A DNA stretch of 64,000 nucleotides, from the IMG/VR virus record IMGVR_UViG_3300035698_032497; one strand, 5' to 3'. Source of the DNA: a virus (lineage: Duplodnaviria; Heunggongvirae; Uroviricota; Caudoviricetes). The notes under the pieces were generated by a model, which was given only the letters and a program-made list of their open reading frames with translations, was not told the DNA's origin and did no database searches. The position numbers were made by a program, and so were the translations under genes. The stretch's first letter is position 1. The number at the start of each line of letters is the position of its first letter. This document shows, piece after piece, positions 9,025 through 18,592 of this stretch.

Positions 9025-10566
9025 ATGTCAGATCCGTACACTCCTCGTGACTCCCAGGCCGGCCGCAAGACCGGAAAGGACAAGGCTCGTGGCTATGTTC
9101 CGACACCCATGAGTGTGGCCGTGGACATGGTCAGGAAGCTCGAGGGGTGGCCGGCGAAGCCTGGGCTGCTGCTCGATCCGGGCTGCGGTGACGGCGTGTT
9201 CGTCGAGGCCGCTATCCGTGTAGCTGTGGAGCGGGGCCACTGTCCGGTGGAGGTGTCTCGTCGGATCTTTGCTGTCGATATTGTGAGCCCCTTCAGTGCC
9301 ATCAGCGCGAGGATGCGAAGGCTCGAGCGGGAACTGGAGACCGAGTACGAGCTCGGCGTCATCTGCTTCGGTGCGGACATCCTGGACTGGGACATCCCCG
9401 CTGACATCGGCTTCGTAGCCGGAAACCCGCCCTACCTCGAGGCCAAGCGCATGTCCGACACGCTGAAGGCCAAGGTGAAGGCGCGCTGCCCCATTGCCGC
9501 TGTCGGCGCGTTCGACCTGTACGGGGCCTTCGTGGAGCTGGTGTCGAGCATCGTGGTGTCTGGAGCGGAGGCGGTCCTCATCGTTCCAAACAGAATCCTC
9601 TCGGCGAAGTGGGCCAAGGGGTTGCGGGAGTCGATCCTCGAAGAGTGCGTGGTCGACCTGTATGACCTGTCAGCGGACAAGGTGTTTCCGTCGACCTCGG
9701 TCTACCCTGTGGTTGTTCGGCTACAGCGGGCTGTGGACGGTGACGCTCTGTCGGTTCCTGGAGTGAGGGACCGCGGTGAGGTCTTGCTGCCTCCGTCTCT
9801 GCTCGATCGTGTTCCGAACTCGGCGTGGCCCGTGCTCCCGGCGACTCCCGGATTGCAGGACTGTGTCATCAGGGCCCTGTCGAGCTCGACGACGGTCAGC
9901 CTCGATCATGCGGTCGATGCCCGGTGGTGCGTGAGCTTCCATCGTGCCGGCCTCAGGGACTCCTACGTGTCCTCGGAGAAGCCGGACAGTGAACATGCGA
10001 ACAGGTTCATCGGAGGGGTTCCGTACTCTGGAAACCGAGAGGTGGGGTGGCTGAAGATCGACTGGGCAGGGACGTGGATCGACTACGACGAGGAGCGCGC
10101 CAGGGCTGACAAAAACCAGCTTCCTCCGTTGTCGATCTTCGCCGCTCCCAAGCTGGTGGTCTGCCAGAACGCCAGGCGTTGCAGGTGCGCGGTCGACGTG
10201 GTCGGGCACGTGCTGAAGGACACCTTCATCACCATGACCCTGCGCCCGGGCGTCCCACGGTGGTGGTTGTACTGGACGGCGCTGGTGCTATCGTCGAACA
10301 TCTTCCACCTGGTCTACGAGTCGTTGAACGCCGGAAGCAGGAAAGGTGGTGGGTTCCTGTCGTTCCTTCCGTCTACGCTGGGCCGTGTTCCGGTCCCGCG
10401 TCTCGAGGGGCTCTCTCCGTCTGCCATCGCCAAGCTGTACAATGACTGTTCCACGGGTGACGACCATGCGTGGGCCAGGCTGGACGCCATCGTAGCGACG
10501 CTGTACGGCCTCGACGCCAAGATGCTCGATTCACTGTCTTCTGCGGATGTTCCACCGAGAGATTGA
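9025..10566 (+). CDS. N6-adenine DNA methyltransferase (gamma-class, NPPY)
   Basis: LLDPGCGDGVF (FxGxG, SAM-binding) followed by VAGNPPYLE; start moved to the ATG with a GGAGAA RBS. Confidence 0.75.
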   Translation: MSDPYTPRDSQAGRKTGKDKARGYVPTPMSVAVDMVRKLEGWPAKPGLLLDPGCGDGVFVEAAIRVAVERGHCPVEVSRRIFAVDIVSPFSAISARMRRLERELETEYELGVICFGADILDWDIPADIGFVAGNPPYLEAKRMSDTLKAKVKARCPIAAVGAFDLYGAFVELVSSIVVSGAEAVLIVPNRILSAKWAKGLRESILEECVVDLYDLSADKVFPSTSVYPVVVRLQRAVDGDALSVPGVRDRGEVLLPPSLLDRVPNSAWPVLPATPGLQDCVIRALSSSTTVSLDHAVDARWCVSFHRAGLRDSYVSSEKPDSEHANRFIGGVPYSGNREVGWLKIDWAGTWIDYDEERARADKNQLPPLSIFAAPKLVVCQNARRCRCAVDVVGHVLKDTFITMTLRPGVPRWWLYWTALVLSSNIFHLVYESLNAGSRKGGGFLSFLPSTLGRVPVPRLEGLSPSAIAKLYNDCSTGDDHAWARLDAIVATLYGLDAKMLDSLSSADVPPRD

Positions 10567-10620
10567 GTCTGTGCTCCTCCTGGGCTATCCTCCAGGCAGC
10601 CACCTACGCTGGAGCGAGCC

Positions 10621-12117
10621 ATGAGCGGAATCGAATGGGACATCTTCGGTGCCGATGACGAAGCACGGGACGAGGAACGGGACGAGGAGCTGGATGAGAT
10701 CATCGAACAGCTCGAAGAGGGGCCACCATGGGAAGATGTCGTCGGCGACGTGGCGTTGGACTGTATCATGGCAGCGTCGGACACTCTGACGGGTGACATC
10801 TCTGGATACGTGATCGTCGTTCCGGTCATCGTGACGAACATGGTCCAGCTGTACAGGGAGATCGGCCGTGGCCAGAAGCTCTTGTCGTGGGCAGAAGACA
10901 AGGGCATGAACGACAAAATGGCCTTGGAGATGAAGGCCACTGCCGACGACATCAGGAGAGATCTCGTCGACATGATTCAGGGGCTCGTCACGGCGATTCC
11001 GTCTGCCGGTGAAGAGGTCGTGTCTTTGGTTGGCGGGATCGGGATCACCTACTTCGCCAAAGGCACCGTTGAAGACATCTCCACTCTCTACAACGCCATC
11101 CTGGAAGCGTCTCCCGACTTCGTCAGGAACGTGCTCGAGTGGGACGATGAGGAAGCGAGCATCACGCCCCATGGGCTGTTCCTCGATGGCCTGTCCACTC
11201 TCGGGTCGCTGGTCGTCGCCATCGACAGGCACAAGGAAGGCCTCGAGTTCGTTCGGATATACGACCGGCTTCTTCCGGACGACGAGCCGGACGACGAGCC
11301 GGACGACGAGCCGGACGATGAGTCGGAGTTCGAGATGACCAACGGGGACAGAGATCAGCGCAAACTAGACGATGTCTCTGCGCTCGATCTTCGCGCTGAG
11401 GGCTACTCCCTGATGCTCGCGGCTCGCTGCGCTGTGCTGAACGGTGGTGACGTCCCAGAGCAGCTGCGGAACCAGCTGGTCTTCGTCGAGCAGCTCGTCA
11501 GCGAGCTATCGCTGCACGCCGCGTCTCCGCCTGAAGACGATGAGGGCGACGGGGACGACCTCTCGGAGCTGATGGGCGAGTACTCGAGCCACATCTCGGA
11601 CACCTTCGACAGCTCGAGGGGTATCGAGGAGGACGCGCACGGAGTGAAGGGGGCGCTGTGGAGCGTGCTGGAGATCCTCTCGGGAGTGGTCTCGAACATC
11701 GAACGTGACGGAGCAGAGAGCGAGGATCTCGACCCGGACGTGTTCGTCGAACTGCGCATTGATCTGGAGAACACGATCGGGCTGCTCGATGGCGGGATCG
11801 AGCCGGACGATCAAGATCTCGATCTGGATGAGCAGGACGTGAAGCCAGGTAGCTGTGGTGAGCCTGCGACGTCACCAGCACCGGAGACACCAAGGTTCGT
11901 CGCTCCAACCACGGTCCATCCGCCGGTCGAGCAGGAGCCTTCCAGTGTGCTGCCCCCTGGCTTCCGTGAGCCCGCACCCGTGCTGACCCCCGTGGCGCCC
12001 GAGCAGAGCTCAGGCGGCGGCGGAGGGGCCATGGCCGCGCTCCTGTTGGGCGGCGTGGCGGTCGTTGGTGGGGCTGTGCTGTACAAGGCCCGTGGAAGGA
12101 AAGGTGGCAAGAAGTAG
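10621..12117 (+). CDS. acidic protein with C-terminal TM anchor and (PDDE)4 repeat
   Basis: 498 aa, D/E-rich, C-terminal GGGGAMAALLLGGVAVVGG; PDDE repeat at 11275..11322. Confidence 0.6.
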   Translation: MSGIEWDIFGADDEARDEERDEELDEIIEQLEEGPPWEDVVGDVALDCIMAASDTLTGDISGYVIVVPVIVTNMVQLYREIGRGQKLLSWAEDKGMNDKMALEMKATADDIRRDLVDMIQGLVTAIPSAGEEVVSLVGGIGITYFAKGTVEDISTLYNAILEASPDFVRNVLEWDDEEASITPHGLFLDGLSTLGSLVVAIDRHKEGLEFVRIYDRLLPDDEPDDEPDDEPDDESEFEMTNGDRDQRKLDDVSALDLRAEGYSLMLAARCAVLNGGDVPEQLRNQLVFVEQLVSELSLHAASPPEDDEGDGDDLSELMGEYSSHISDTFDSSRGIEEDAHGVKGALWSVLEILSGVVSNIERDGAESEDLDPDVFVELRIDLENTIGLLDGGIEPDDQDLDLDEQDVKPGSCGEPATSPAPETPRFVAPTTVHPPVEQEPSSVLPPGFREPAPVLTPVAPEQSSGGGGGAMAALLLGGVAVVGGAVLYKARGRKGGKK

Positions 12118-12166
12118 CGCTGACGATCTCGACGATCGGTACCGCTAAAAAAAATACTGATGGGCA

Positions 12167-12195
12167 TTGCCACTCCTGGTGGCAGGTGATAGCTG
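12167..12195 (+). promoter_or_regulatory. class-A promoter TTGCCA-17-(TG)ATAGCTG
   Basis: TTGCCACTCCTGGTGGCAGGTGATAGCTG; palindrome GCCAC-TCCTG-GTGGC lies in the spacer. Confidence 0.6.
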
Positions 12196-12224
12196 AGTTC
12201 ACCCGAACCGAGCAGGAGCACACC

Positions 12225-12488
12225 ATGACCGAGCGCATCAGGATGGAAGTCGAAGTCGTTGCAGAGCGCGGTGGCAACACCTGGGACCATACCGGCACTC
12301 GCCAGAGCGGACTGTTCCTGCTGCGGGACACCGCCACGGGCAAGGAGTACACCTTCGACAGCTTCGCCAGGTGGAACGTCGGCGAGATCCGGAAGATCTC
12401 CGCGGTCGTGGACGAGCGTGGGAGCCACTTCTTCGGCGGAAAGTACATCCAGTGCATCGAGTGGCCCCGTCCGGTGAAAAAGATCTGA
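12225..12488 (+). CDS. hypothetical protein
   Basis: 88 aa, GGAG RBS; flanked by two promoter copies. Confidence 0.5.
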   Translation: MTERIRMEVEVVAERGGNTWDHTGTRQSGLFLLRDTATGKEYTFDSFARWNVGEIRKISAVVDERGSHFFGGKYIQCIEWPRPVKKI

Positions 12489-12496
12489 ACCATCAC

Positions 12497-12525
12497 TTGC
12501 TACTGACAGTGGCAGGTGATAGGTT
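12497..12525 (+). promoter_or_regulatory. class-A promoter TTGCTA-17-(TG)ATAGGTT
   Basis: TTGCTACTGACAGTGGCAGGTGATAGGTT, 31 nt before the ArdC-like ATG. Confidence 0.6.
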
Positions 12526-12556
12526 TATTTCACCTCAACCGGACAGGAGAATCACC

Positions 12557-13864
12557 ATGGCCAGCAAGACCCGCTCCCCCCGCAAGCCCCGCTCTCCCCG
12601 CAAGCCCAAGACCGACTCCGTCACCCGGGTCGCCGATCAGATCGCAGCACTCATCCGCAAGAGCCAGCAAGACGGCACGCCACTGCCCTGGCATAAGCCC
12701 TGGGCCTATGGTGAGGTCGAGTGCGACACCGAGATGGTGACCATCCGGCCCAACAGCGGGCACTACAACGGCACCAGCGGGCGCTGCTACAGCGGCCTCA
12801 ACATGTGGTTCCTGGATGCCACCGCTTCCGATCGCGGCTTTGGTGGCCAGGGCTGGACCACCTTCAAGCAGGCCCAGAAGCTGGCCTGTGCCCGCCTGAT
12901 GAAGCTCGGCTACGAGCCCGAGCGCACCAAGACGAACGACAGCGGTGACATCGTCGCCGGCTGGGGCTGGAGCTGGGACGGCGAAGGCGAGGCCCCCATG
13001 GGCGATGAGCCCTGCCCCGGCGTGCGCGGCGGAGAGAAGGGCACTCCGGTGTTCTACTGGTCCTTCTTCGAGAGCTACACCGATCGTGAAGGCAACGTCG
13101 TGCGCAAGCCCAGCAAGGATCGCATCGCACGTGGCGATCTGAAGGTCAAGACCATCCCCAGCTGCCGCGTCTACACGGTCTTCAACTGGGATCAGTGCGA
13201 TTGTCTGCCCGAGCCCCGCCAGCGCCAGTCCAAGAGCCAGGTCGTGATGCTGCCTCGGGTCAAGGATCCGGCCGCCATCGGCATCCCTCTGGAGATCGCA
13301 GAGGCCTACCCCCAGGTGGTCTCCGTCTGGGCTCGCTTCGCCGAGCTGACCGGCTGCAAGCTGTCCAACGGTGGCGACCGTGCCTTCTACCGCGGTGCCA
13401 CCCACGAGATCTGGATGCCCACCGTGGCCCAGTTCGTCTCCAAGGGTGGCGAGGATAAGGGCCTCATCCGCTACTGCTCCACCCTGCTGCACGAGATGGT
13501 GCACGCCACTGGGCACGGAACGGTCCTTGGCCGTGACCTCGGAAACCGCTTCGGCTCTGGCGCCTACGCCTTCGAGGAGCTGATCGCCGAGATCGGTTCA
13601 GCCAGCTTGTGCCACGCCCTGGGCATCGAGTCCGAGCTGCGCGAAGACCATGCCTCCTATGTGGCCTCCTGGCTGAAGAAGCTCGAGGAAGACAAGTACG
13701 GCATCCACACCGCGGCCCGCATGAGCCGTGAGGCGATGGACTGGCTGCTCGGGACGGCCGAAGGTGAGGAGGACGAGGGCGGTTCCGAGCACAACGTGGG
13801 TAGCCAAGAGCAGCACGATCCAGGGGAGCATGGGACCTCCTTGTCCTTCGTGCTACCATCATAG
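12557..13864 (+). CDS. ardC: ArdC-like antirestriction protein (DUF1738 ssDNA-binding N-domain + zincin metallopeptidase C-domain)
   Basis: PLPWHKPW motif; C-terminal LLHEMVHATGH; start at MASKTRSPRKPRSPRKP with a GGAGAA RBS. Confidence 0.7.
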   Translation: MASKTRSPRKPRSPRKPKTDSVTRVADQIAALIRKSQQDGTPLPWHKPWAYGEVECDTEMVTIRPNSGHYNGTSGRCYSGLNMWFLDATASDRGFGGQGWTTFKQAQKLACARLMKLGYEPERTKTNDSGDIVAGWGWSWDGEGEAPMGDEPCPGVRGGEKGTPVFYWSFFESYTDREGNVVRKPSKDRIARGDLKVKTIPSCRVYTVFNWDQCDCLPEPRQRQSKSQVVMLPRVKDPAAIGIPLEIAEAYPQVVSVWARFAELTGCKLSNGGDRAFYRGATHEIWMPTVAQFVSKGGEDKGLIRYCSTLLHEMVHATGHGTVLGRDLGNRFGSGAYAFEELIAEIGSASLCHALGIESELREDHASYVASWLKKLEEDKYGIHTAARMSREAMDWLLGTAEGEEDEGGSEHNVGSQEQHDPGEHGTSLSFVLPS

Positions 13865-13902
13865 CGTCAAGGACAGGACTCATCACGCAGGAGGGTTCGA
13901 TC

Positions 13903-14721
13903 ATGGTTCTTCTCGCCATCGCGGCCGGCTCCCTTGGAGCCGCGGGCTTCATCCAGGCCGTCTCGGAGTCGAAGCGTCGAGATCCGGACAACGAGCGCTT
14001 CGGAGGGTTCTCGGAGGCGCTGTCGCAGCTGGGACCGATGAAGGACGGTGAGAGTTACCTCCGTCGTGCGCTCGACGTGATGCGCAAGGCCATCGGTCAC
14101 AGCTTGGAGCCGATGGCGCTGGTGCAGGCGTCGACTCCGTCTCCGGACGATGCCTTTGTGCGAGCTGGTGTGGAGAAGATCCTGGAGATGGTCATCGAAA
14201 TCCAGCAGGCTTATCCGCAGGCTGAACCGATGCTGGCGCTGTCTATCGTCGAGGTGGCGCTGTTGCTCGAGACTCATCCGTATTGGCTCGCCAACCTGAT
14301 CAACTTCGAGTCGAACAAGAGCTTTTCGTCCAGCGTGAAGAACCCGCACACCAACGCTGTCGGTCTGATTCAGTTCCTCCCGTCGACCGCGGCGGGGCTT
14401 CTGGGGATGACGCCAGGGAGGTCCCGGGGGCGGTACACGAGCGCCCAGCGCGAAGAGGCGGTGTCCATCTTCGAGTCCATGCCGGAGGTGGAACAGATGA
14501 GCTTCGTATTCGACTACCTGGGTCAGTTCGGGAAGCTGAACACTCAGCAGCGGCTGTATATGTCCGTGTTCTACCCCGTGGCCATGCGCTGGCCGAAGGA
14601 CAAGCTGTTCCCCGAGGACGTCCGTGCTGTGAACCAGGCGGAGACCCCGGGACAGTACATCGCGTACGCCGACAGGAACGCCAGGATTCGGAACCCGAGA
14701 GAGAACATCGCTGTCGCTTGA
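13903..14721 (+). CDS. lytic transglycosylase (SLT-domain)-like, membrane-anchored
   Basis: ESNKSFSS…AVGLIQF resembles the SLT catalytic ES…GLMQ block; N-terminal TM; GGAGGG RBS. Confidence 0.55.
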   Translation: MVLLAIAAGSLGAAGFIQAVSESKRRDPDNERFGGFSEALSQLGPMKDGESYLRRALDVMRKAIGHSLEPMALVQASTPSPDDAFVRAGVEKILEMVIEIQQAYPQAEPMLALSIVEVALLLETHPYWLANLINFESNKSFSSSVKNPHTNAVGLIQFLPSTAAGLLGMTPGRSRGRYTSAQREEAVSIFESMPEVEQMSFVFDYLGQFGKLNTQQRLYMSVFYPVAMRWPKDKLFPEDVRAVNQAETPGQYIAYADRNARIRNPRENIAVA

Positions 14722-14768
14722 CAGTTTCTTGACAAAACGTAACGACACTTATGGGCGGATGTCGTTAC
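14718..14768 (+). promoter_or_regulatory. tandem TTGACA boxes plus 9-bp perfect inverted repeat GTAACGACA-N12-TGTCGTTAC (putative operator)
   Basis: TTGACAgtttcTTGACA at 14718-14734; the IR at 14739..14768 overlaps the start region of the RHH-like gene. Confidence 0.5.
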
Positions 14769-14777
14769 ACTGGCGAC

Positions 14778-15029
14778 ATGGCAAAGAAGACACCGTTCAA
14801 CATGCGCATGGACCCCGAGCTGAAGGGCTGGCTCGACGAGCACTGCGCACGTCACGACAAGCATGTCTCCAAGGTGGTCCACGGACTGCTCGAGGCTCTG
14901 CGTGAAGATCGCATCATGGTCTTCCCGCGGCACGTCCCTGGTGTCTTCCAGGCCTTTCCGGACAGCTGTCCCGCACTGGGTAGTAGTCCGGACAACCCAG
15001 CCCTCATCGCCTGGTGCGAGCAGGAGTGA
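14778..15029 (+). CDS. ribbon-helix-helix (Arc/CopG-like) DNA-binding protein
   Basis: MAKKTPFNMRMDPELKGWLDEHCARHDKHVSKVVHGLLEALRE has a beta-strand then two helices, typical of RHH. Confidence 0.45.
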   Translation: MAKKTPFNMRMDPELKGWLDEHCARHDKHVSKVVHGLLEALREDRIMVFPRHVPGVFQAFPDSCPALGSSPDNPALIAWCEQE

Positions 15030-15031
15030 GC

Positions 15032-15838
15032 ATGCGTGTCGAGATCATCCATGGGGGCCGTGTCCTCCAGTCCGTCCATCACAACAGCCAGAGCTTCGTC
15101 ATGGCCCCTACCGAGGGGGACTACGTCATCCGGCTCATCAACGACTCACCGTCCAGAAAGCTGGCGGTGCCCACCGTGGACGGCATGAACGTGGTGGAGG
15201 TCGACAAGTCCGGTCGTGGAGCCTCGCACAGTGGCCCGGGCTACGTGCTCGAGGCATGGCAGACCGTGGACATCCCCGGTTGGCGTCGCAGCGGCTCGGA
15301 GGTCGCCAGCTTCTCCTTCGCGCCCAAGGGCGAGAGCTATGCCGAGGGCGTCGGTCGTGGCGAGAGCAATCTCGGGGTGATCGGCGTAGCGGTCTTCGAC
15401 GAGAAGCCGAGCCCCATCCAGGCGATCTTCGCTCAGCAGACCATCTACCGCTCTCGACGGACGGACAGCCCGTGGGAACCTGTTGGGACCGGCCAGCCAC
15501 AGTGGTCGAGCCAACCCCAGACCCTCGGCTGTCAGCCGCGTGGGGCCACCAAGGGCATCGTTCGGAGCGCTGCGGTGAACTCTCTATCGACGAGCACCAC
15601 AGCGTCGGTCCAGTCCGTCGGCACCGGCTATGGTGCGGCCCAGGCTTTCCACACCGGCACCACGACCTTCCGGCGCCCCGCTGCTCCGTCCGAGGTCATC
15701 GTGCTGCGCTATGCCACTCAGTCTCAGCTCGAATCCTGGGGCGTGCCGCTGCCTGGCGCCTCGGCGCCTACCCCCGCGGCCTTCCCCGGTGAACAGCCTC
15801 ATGCCCCGTGCCCGGCACCTCCGGGATGGCGTGGATGA
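15032..15838 (+). CDS. hypothetical protein
   Basis: GGAGTGAG RBS; the C-terminal half is low-complexity. Confidence 0.45.
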   Translation: MRVEIIHGGRVLQSVHHNSQSFVMAPTEGDYVIRLINDSPSRKLAVPTVDGMNVVEVDKSGRGASHSGPGYVLEAWQTVDIPGWRRSGSEVASFSFAPKGESYAEGVGRGESNLGVIGVAVFDEKPSPIQAIFAQQTIYRSRRTDSPWEPVGTGQPQWSSQPQTLGCQPRGATKGIVRSAAVNSLSTSTTASVQSVGTGYGAAQAFHTGTTTFRRPAAPSEVIVLRYATQSQLESWGVPLPGASAPTPAAFPGEQPHAPCPAPPGWRG

Positions 15839-16041
15839 TCAAGGTGAGCTGCGAGGTCAAGACGCTGAGAGACAACGGCGACCATCGCCCTGTCGGAGAG
15901 GACTGCATCATCGAGGTCCAGAGCCACTGGAACAACGACAGGCTGGTCCACCTGGTGCTCGATGACGGTAGAAAGATGACGGTCAGTGCCCGAGACCTCA
16001 CCGTGGCCATTGATAACGCTACCAGGACCGCAGGGCGCTGA
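15835..16041 (+). CDS. small hypothetical protein
   Basis: ATGA overlap with the upstream gene; MIKVSCEVKTLRDNGDHRPVGEDCIIEV. Confidence 0.4.
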   Translation: MIKVSCEVKTLRDNGDHRPVGEDCIIEVQSHWNNDRLVHLVLDDGRKMTVSARDLTVAIDNATRTAGR

Positions 16042-16544
16042 TGGATCCGCGCTTCGAGCTCGTGCTGTCCTTCTCCATCCCCGGCCAGCCTCACGGTAAG
16101 CAGTCCGTGCGGGTGGCCGGTGGTCGAGGCCGCAAGGCCAAGAAGAGCAAGCTCTACGAGGAGCAGATCGCGAGGATCACCGGGGCCGCGGCGAGGAAGG
16201 CCGGACTGGTCGTTCCGCTGCGTCGAATGGTGATGCTGGACATCACCGCGGTGCTGGCCAGGCCCAAGAACATCCCTGTGGCCCTGCGTGTCCCTGTGCA
16301 GCCTGGTGGTGACCTATCGGGCAGGCTGTTCGCGCCGGTCAAGGCGGACTGGGACAACATCGCCAAGAGCATCGGTGATGGTCTGCAGCAGCGCAGCGAG
16401 ATCTCTGCGCCCGTGCTGAAGGACGATGGCCTGGTCGTGCGCGGGAGGGTCGATACGGTCAGGGCTGCGGTTGGTGAGAGCCCAAAAGTGGAGGTATGGC
16501 TGTGGATCCTGGCGGACCCGAAGGCGTGGCCTGGGCAGCCATGA
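16041..16544 (+). CDS. rusA: RusA-family Holliday junction resolvase
   Basis: KADWDNIAKSIGD (DxDNxxK) and LKDDGLVV motifs; start overlaps the upstream stop. Confidence 0.7.
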   Translation: MDPRFELVLSFSIPGQPHGKQSVRVAGGRGRKAKKSKLYEEQIARITGAAARKAGLVVPLRRMVMLDITAVLARPKNIPVALRVPVQPGGDLSGRLFAPVKADWDNIAKSIGDGLQQRSEISAPVLKDDGLVVRGRVDTVRAAVGESPKVEVWLWILADPKAWPGQP

Positions 16545-18507
16545 TGCCGGCCTCGATGGCCCGGTAGATGCGCTCGGCCAGTTTTGGGTACTCACAGGCA
16601 TCCGAAGACTCGAGCCCCTCGATGAACACGGTGCGGGTCTGCTGGTTTTCGTGCCTATCGTCGATGGTCAGCTCGTTTCTGGCGATCTGTTGCGCTTGGG
16701 CCATGGATTTTCGGATGGCGTCTCCGTTCCATTCGAACCATCCGGTTCTTGCTCCGTGGTCGTTGATGGATGCCCTCTTCCGATACTCGCTGACGTTGAC
16801 CGTGAGGAGCCTGGTTCCTCTGACGCTCTCGTGTCCGCTGCTGGTCGTCACGGTGGCGCTTCCACCCATCTTGAGCGGCTTCTCCGACGTGACCCCGAGG
16901 TGCTTTTCGATCTCTCTAACGACGGTGTTCCAGTCTTCTCCTGGGCGTGTCTCGACGGTGGCACGGTAGATGAACCGTGGTCCCCAGCTGGCTCTCAGCT
17001 TGACGATGAACCCTTCGTCATTCCAGGACAGCTCGTAGTCGAAGGTCACCACCCACTCGAAACGATCGTCGTGGATCTCGATGATGTCGGTCAGCTCGTC
17101 GAGCTTCGCCTCGATCTCGTTGAGCTCGTGCGGTCTGCACTCCAGCGGGATGGAGCCGCTCCCAGAGTGGGTGATGGGGCCTATTCGTAGGCCTATCTTG
17201 TCGATGGTGTTGTTCTGCATCCTGAACTCTGCCCATGGTTCCGACAGCTGCAGGTAGTGGTATATCTGGAGCTCCATCAGGTAGTTTGCGGAGACCGGGA
17301 AGCGGGTTTTCGGTGGGTGGACCAAGATGTCGTGCAGAGTCTCGGGAGGTAGCAGGACGAGCCCGTCCTCACCCATCGTCGAGTACGGACGTGGTCTGTC
17401 CTGGTCGAGCGCACTGTCCGGTCGTGGGTCGAGCAGCATGCGAAGGGCCTTGTCCTGGTACTTTCCGAGCAGGCGCATGTTGCGCTTGCCTCTGGCTTGC
17501 GTGTCGGTCCATAGCATCGCCTGCCAGTGCCCATTTGGGCTGGTTGGGGACCTGCGCTGGTCTGGAGTGATGAACGCTGGTTCCCCAGAGGTGCGTACCA
17601 GTTCGACCCCCGGTAGGAAGACGAAGCTGTCCAGCCGCTGCTCGACCGTCATCACCGGCGTCCTGTCCGGTTTGCGCAGGCTCAGGTAGCGTTTTCTCGG
17701 GTTGTTCAGTTCGTGCTCGTAGGTCTCGATGCAGTGACCCAGCCAGCTCGCCTCTGCGTTGAGGTGCTCGGGAGTTGTCAGCTGGACCACGTGCCAGCCG
17801 TCGTCCCACTCGAGGAGCCTGTCCGGGTAGGCCTCTCCAGTCAGGCTGACAGGGCTCTCCATCCGGGAAGCGATGGCGATGTTCTCGTGCCAGTCTGCCG
17901 CCTGCTCTTCGGCGTATTCGAGGCTCCATCCGTCTTGGAACAGGCTCATGGGATCGGTGCCGGTCCCTCGGAGCCAGTCTCGGATAGCGAAGAAGCCGTT
18001 CCACCCCATGGGGGTATCGATGAGCACCATCCCCCACCCGTGGTAGAGGTTGGTCTCAGCGCCCGTGGCGGTGTGGTCATCGTCTACGTAGAACTTGTGT
18101 GAGCATCCTCCGATCGCTGATCTTCTGGCGGCTGGTCGATATTCTTTCGCCCACTTGACGATGTCGGCCACCATCCATGGAATCAACGACTCGAGGCCTG
18201 TCTCCCATCTTGTTGGGACCTCTCCGTCGAAGCAGCCAGAGCTGACCTCGCAGATCTCGCCATTCACGTATGCCATCATGCAGCGATCGTAGGATCCTTC
18301 GGAGGCTTCCGCCCTGTGAAGCATGGCCTGCACCAAGCAGCTGATCTCCCGCTCGTAGCCCTGGTTTTGCGCCATGGCACGCTCGATGAGCTCGACAGAA
18401 TCGGGCTCGCGCCTCTCGTGCAGTCCGAGCCTGGCCTTGAGCTGGTTCAGGACGGCTTTCCTGGACCTGGCGTCAGGGCTGGTGGCGATGATGGCGGCGA
18501 GGCTCAT
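16459..18507 (-). CDS. large hypothetical protein, member of the GHC-motif paralog family
   Basis: 682 aa; …DDGWHVVQL…ASWLGHCIETYEH…YLSLRKPD… is shared with three other large ORFs in the window. Confidence 0.65.
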   Translation of the reverse strand: MSLAAIIATSPDARSRKAVLNQLKARLGLHERREPDSVELIERAMAQNQGYEREISCLVQAMLHRAEASEGSYDRCMMAYVNGEICEVSSGCFDGEVPTRWETGLESLIPWMVADIVKWAKEYRPAARRSAIGGCSHKFYVDDDHTATGAETNLYHGWGMVLIDTPMGWNGFFAIRDWLRGTGTDPMSLFQDGWSLEYAEEQAADWHENIAIASRMESPVSLTGEAYPDRLLEWDDGWHVVQLTTPEHLNAEASWLGHCIETYEHELNNPRKRYLSLRKPDRTPVMTVEQRLDSFVFLPGVELVRTSGEPAFITPDQRRSPTSPNGHWQAMLWTDTQARGKRNMRLLGKYQDKALRMLLDPRPDSALDQDRPRPYSTMGEDGLVLLPPETLHDILVHPPKTRFPVSANYLMELQIYHYLQLSEPWAEFRMQNNTIDKIGLRIGPITHSGSGSIPLECRPHELNEIEAKLDELTDIIEIHDDRFEWVVTFDYELSWNDEGFIVKLRASWGPRFIYRATVETRPGEDWNTVVREIEKHLGVTSEKPLKMGGSATVTTSSGHESVRGTRLLTVNVSEYRKRASINDHGARTGWFEWNGDAIRKSMAQAQQIARNELTIDDRHENQQTRTVFIEGLESSDACEYPKLAERIYRAIEAGIMAAQATPSGPPGSTAIPPLLGSHQPQP

Positions 18508-18556
18508 GGCACCATCCTATCTCATCCTCCGGCGCGCCTCCATCGCGTTCTCGGTA

Positions 18557-18585
18557 TTGCCACGGACAGTAGAGTATGCTACCTG
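18557..18585 (+). promoter_or_regulatory. promoter TTGCCA-17-TACCTG
   Basis: TTGCCACGGACAGTAGAGTATGCTACCTG; only 7 nt before ATG 18593, so near-leaderless. Confidence 0.45.
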
Positions 18586-18592
18586 GATAGAC

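Noticed and set aside
12121-12160. Hairpin plus A8 tract after gene 10621..12117 as an intrinsic terminator
   Set aside because: The tract is poly-A on the coding strand, not poly-U, and the stem is only 5 bp. More likely it is AT-rich UP-element-like sequence ahead of promoter 12167.
11498-13516. Long minus-strand ORFs (11498..12496, 12530..13516) opposite the acidic protein, ArdC-like protein and promoters
   Set aside because: R/P/A/G-rich composition. They overlap plus-strand genes that carry recognisable domains and RBS.
13867-14748. 293-aa minus ORF opposite the transglycosylase gene
   Set aside because: Arg/Leu/His-rich with no domain. The plus-strand frame carries the SLT catalytic motif.
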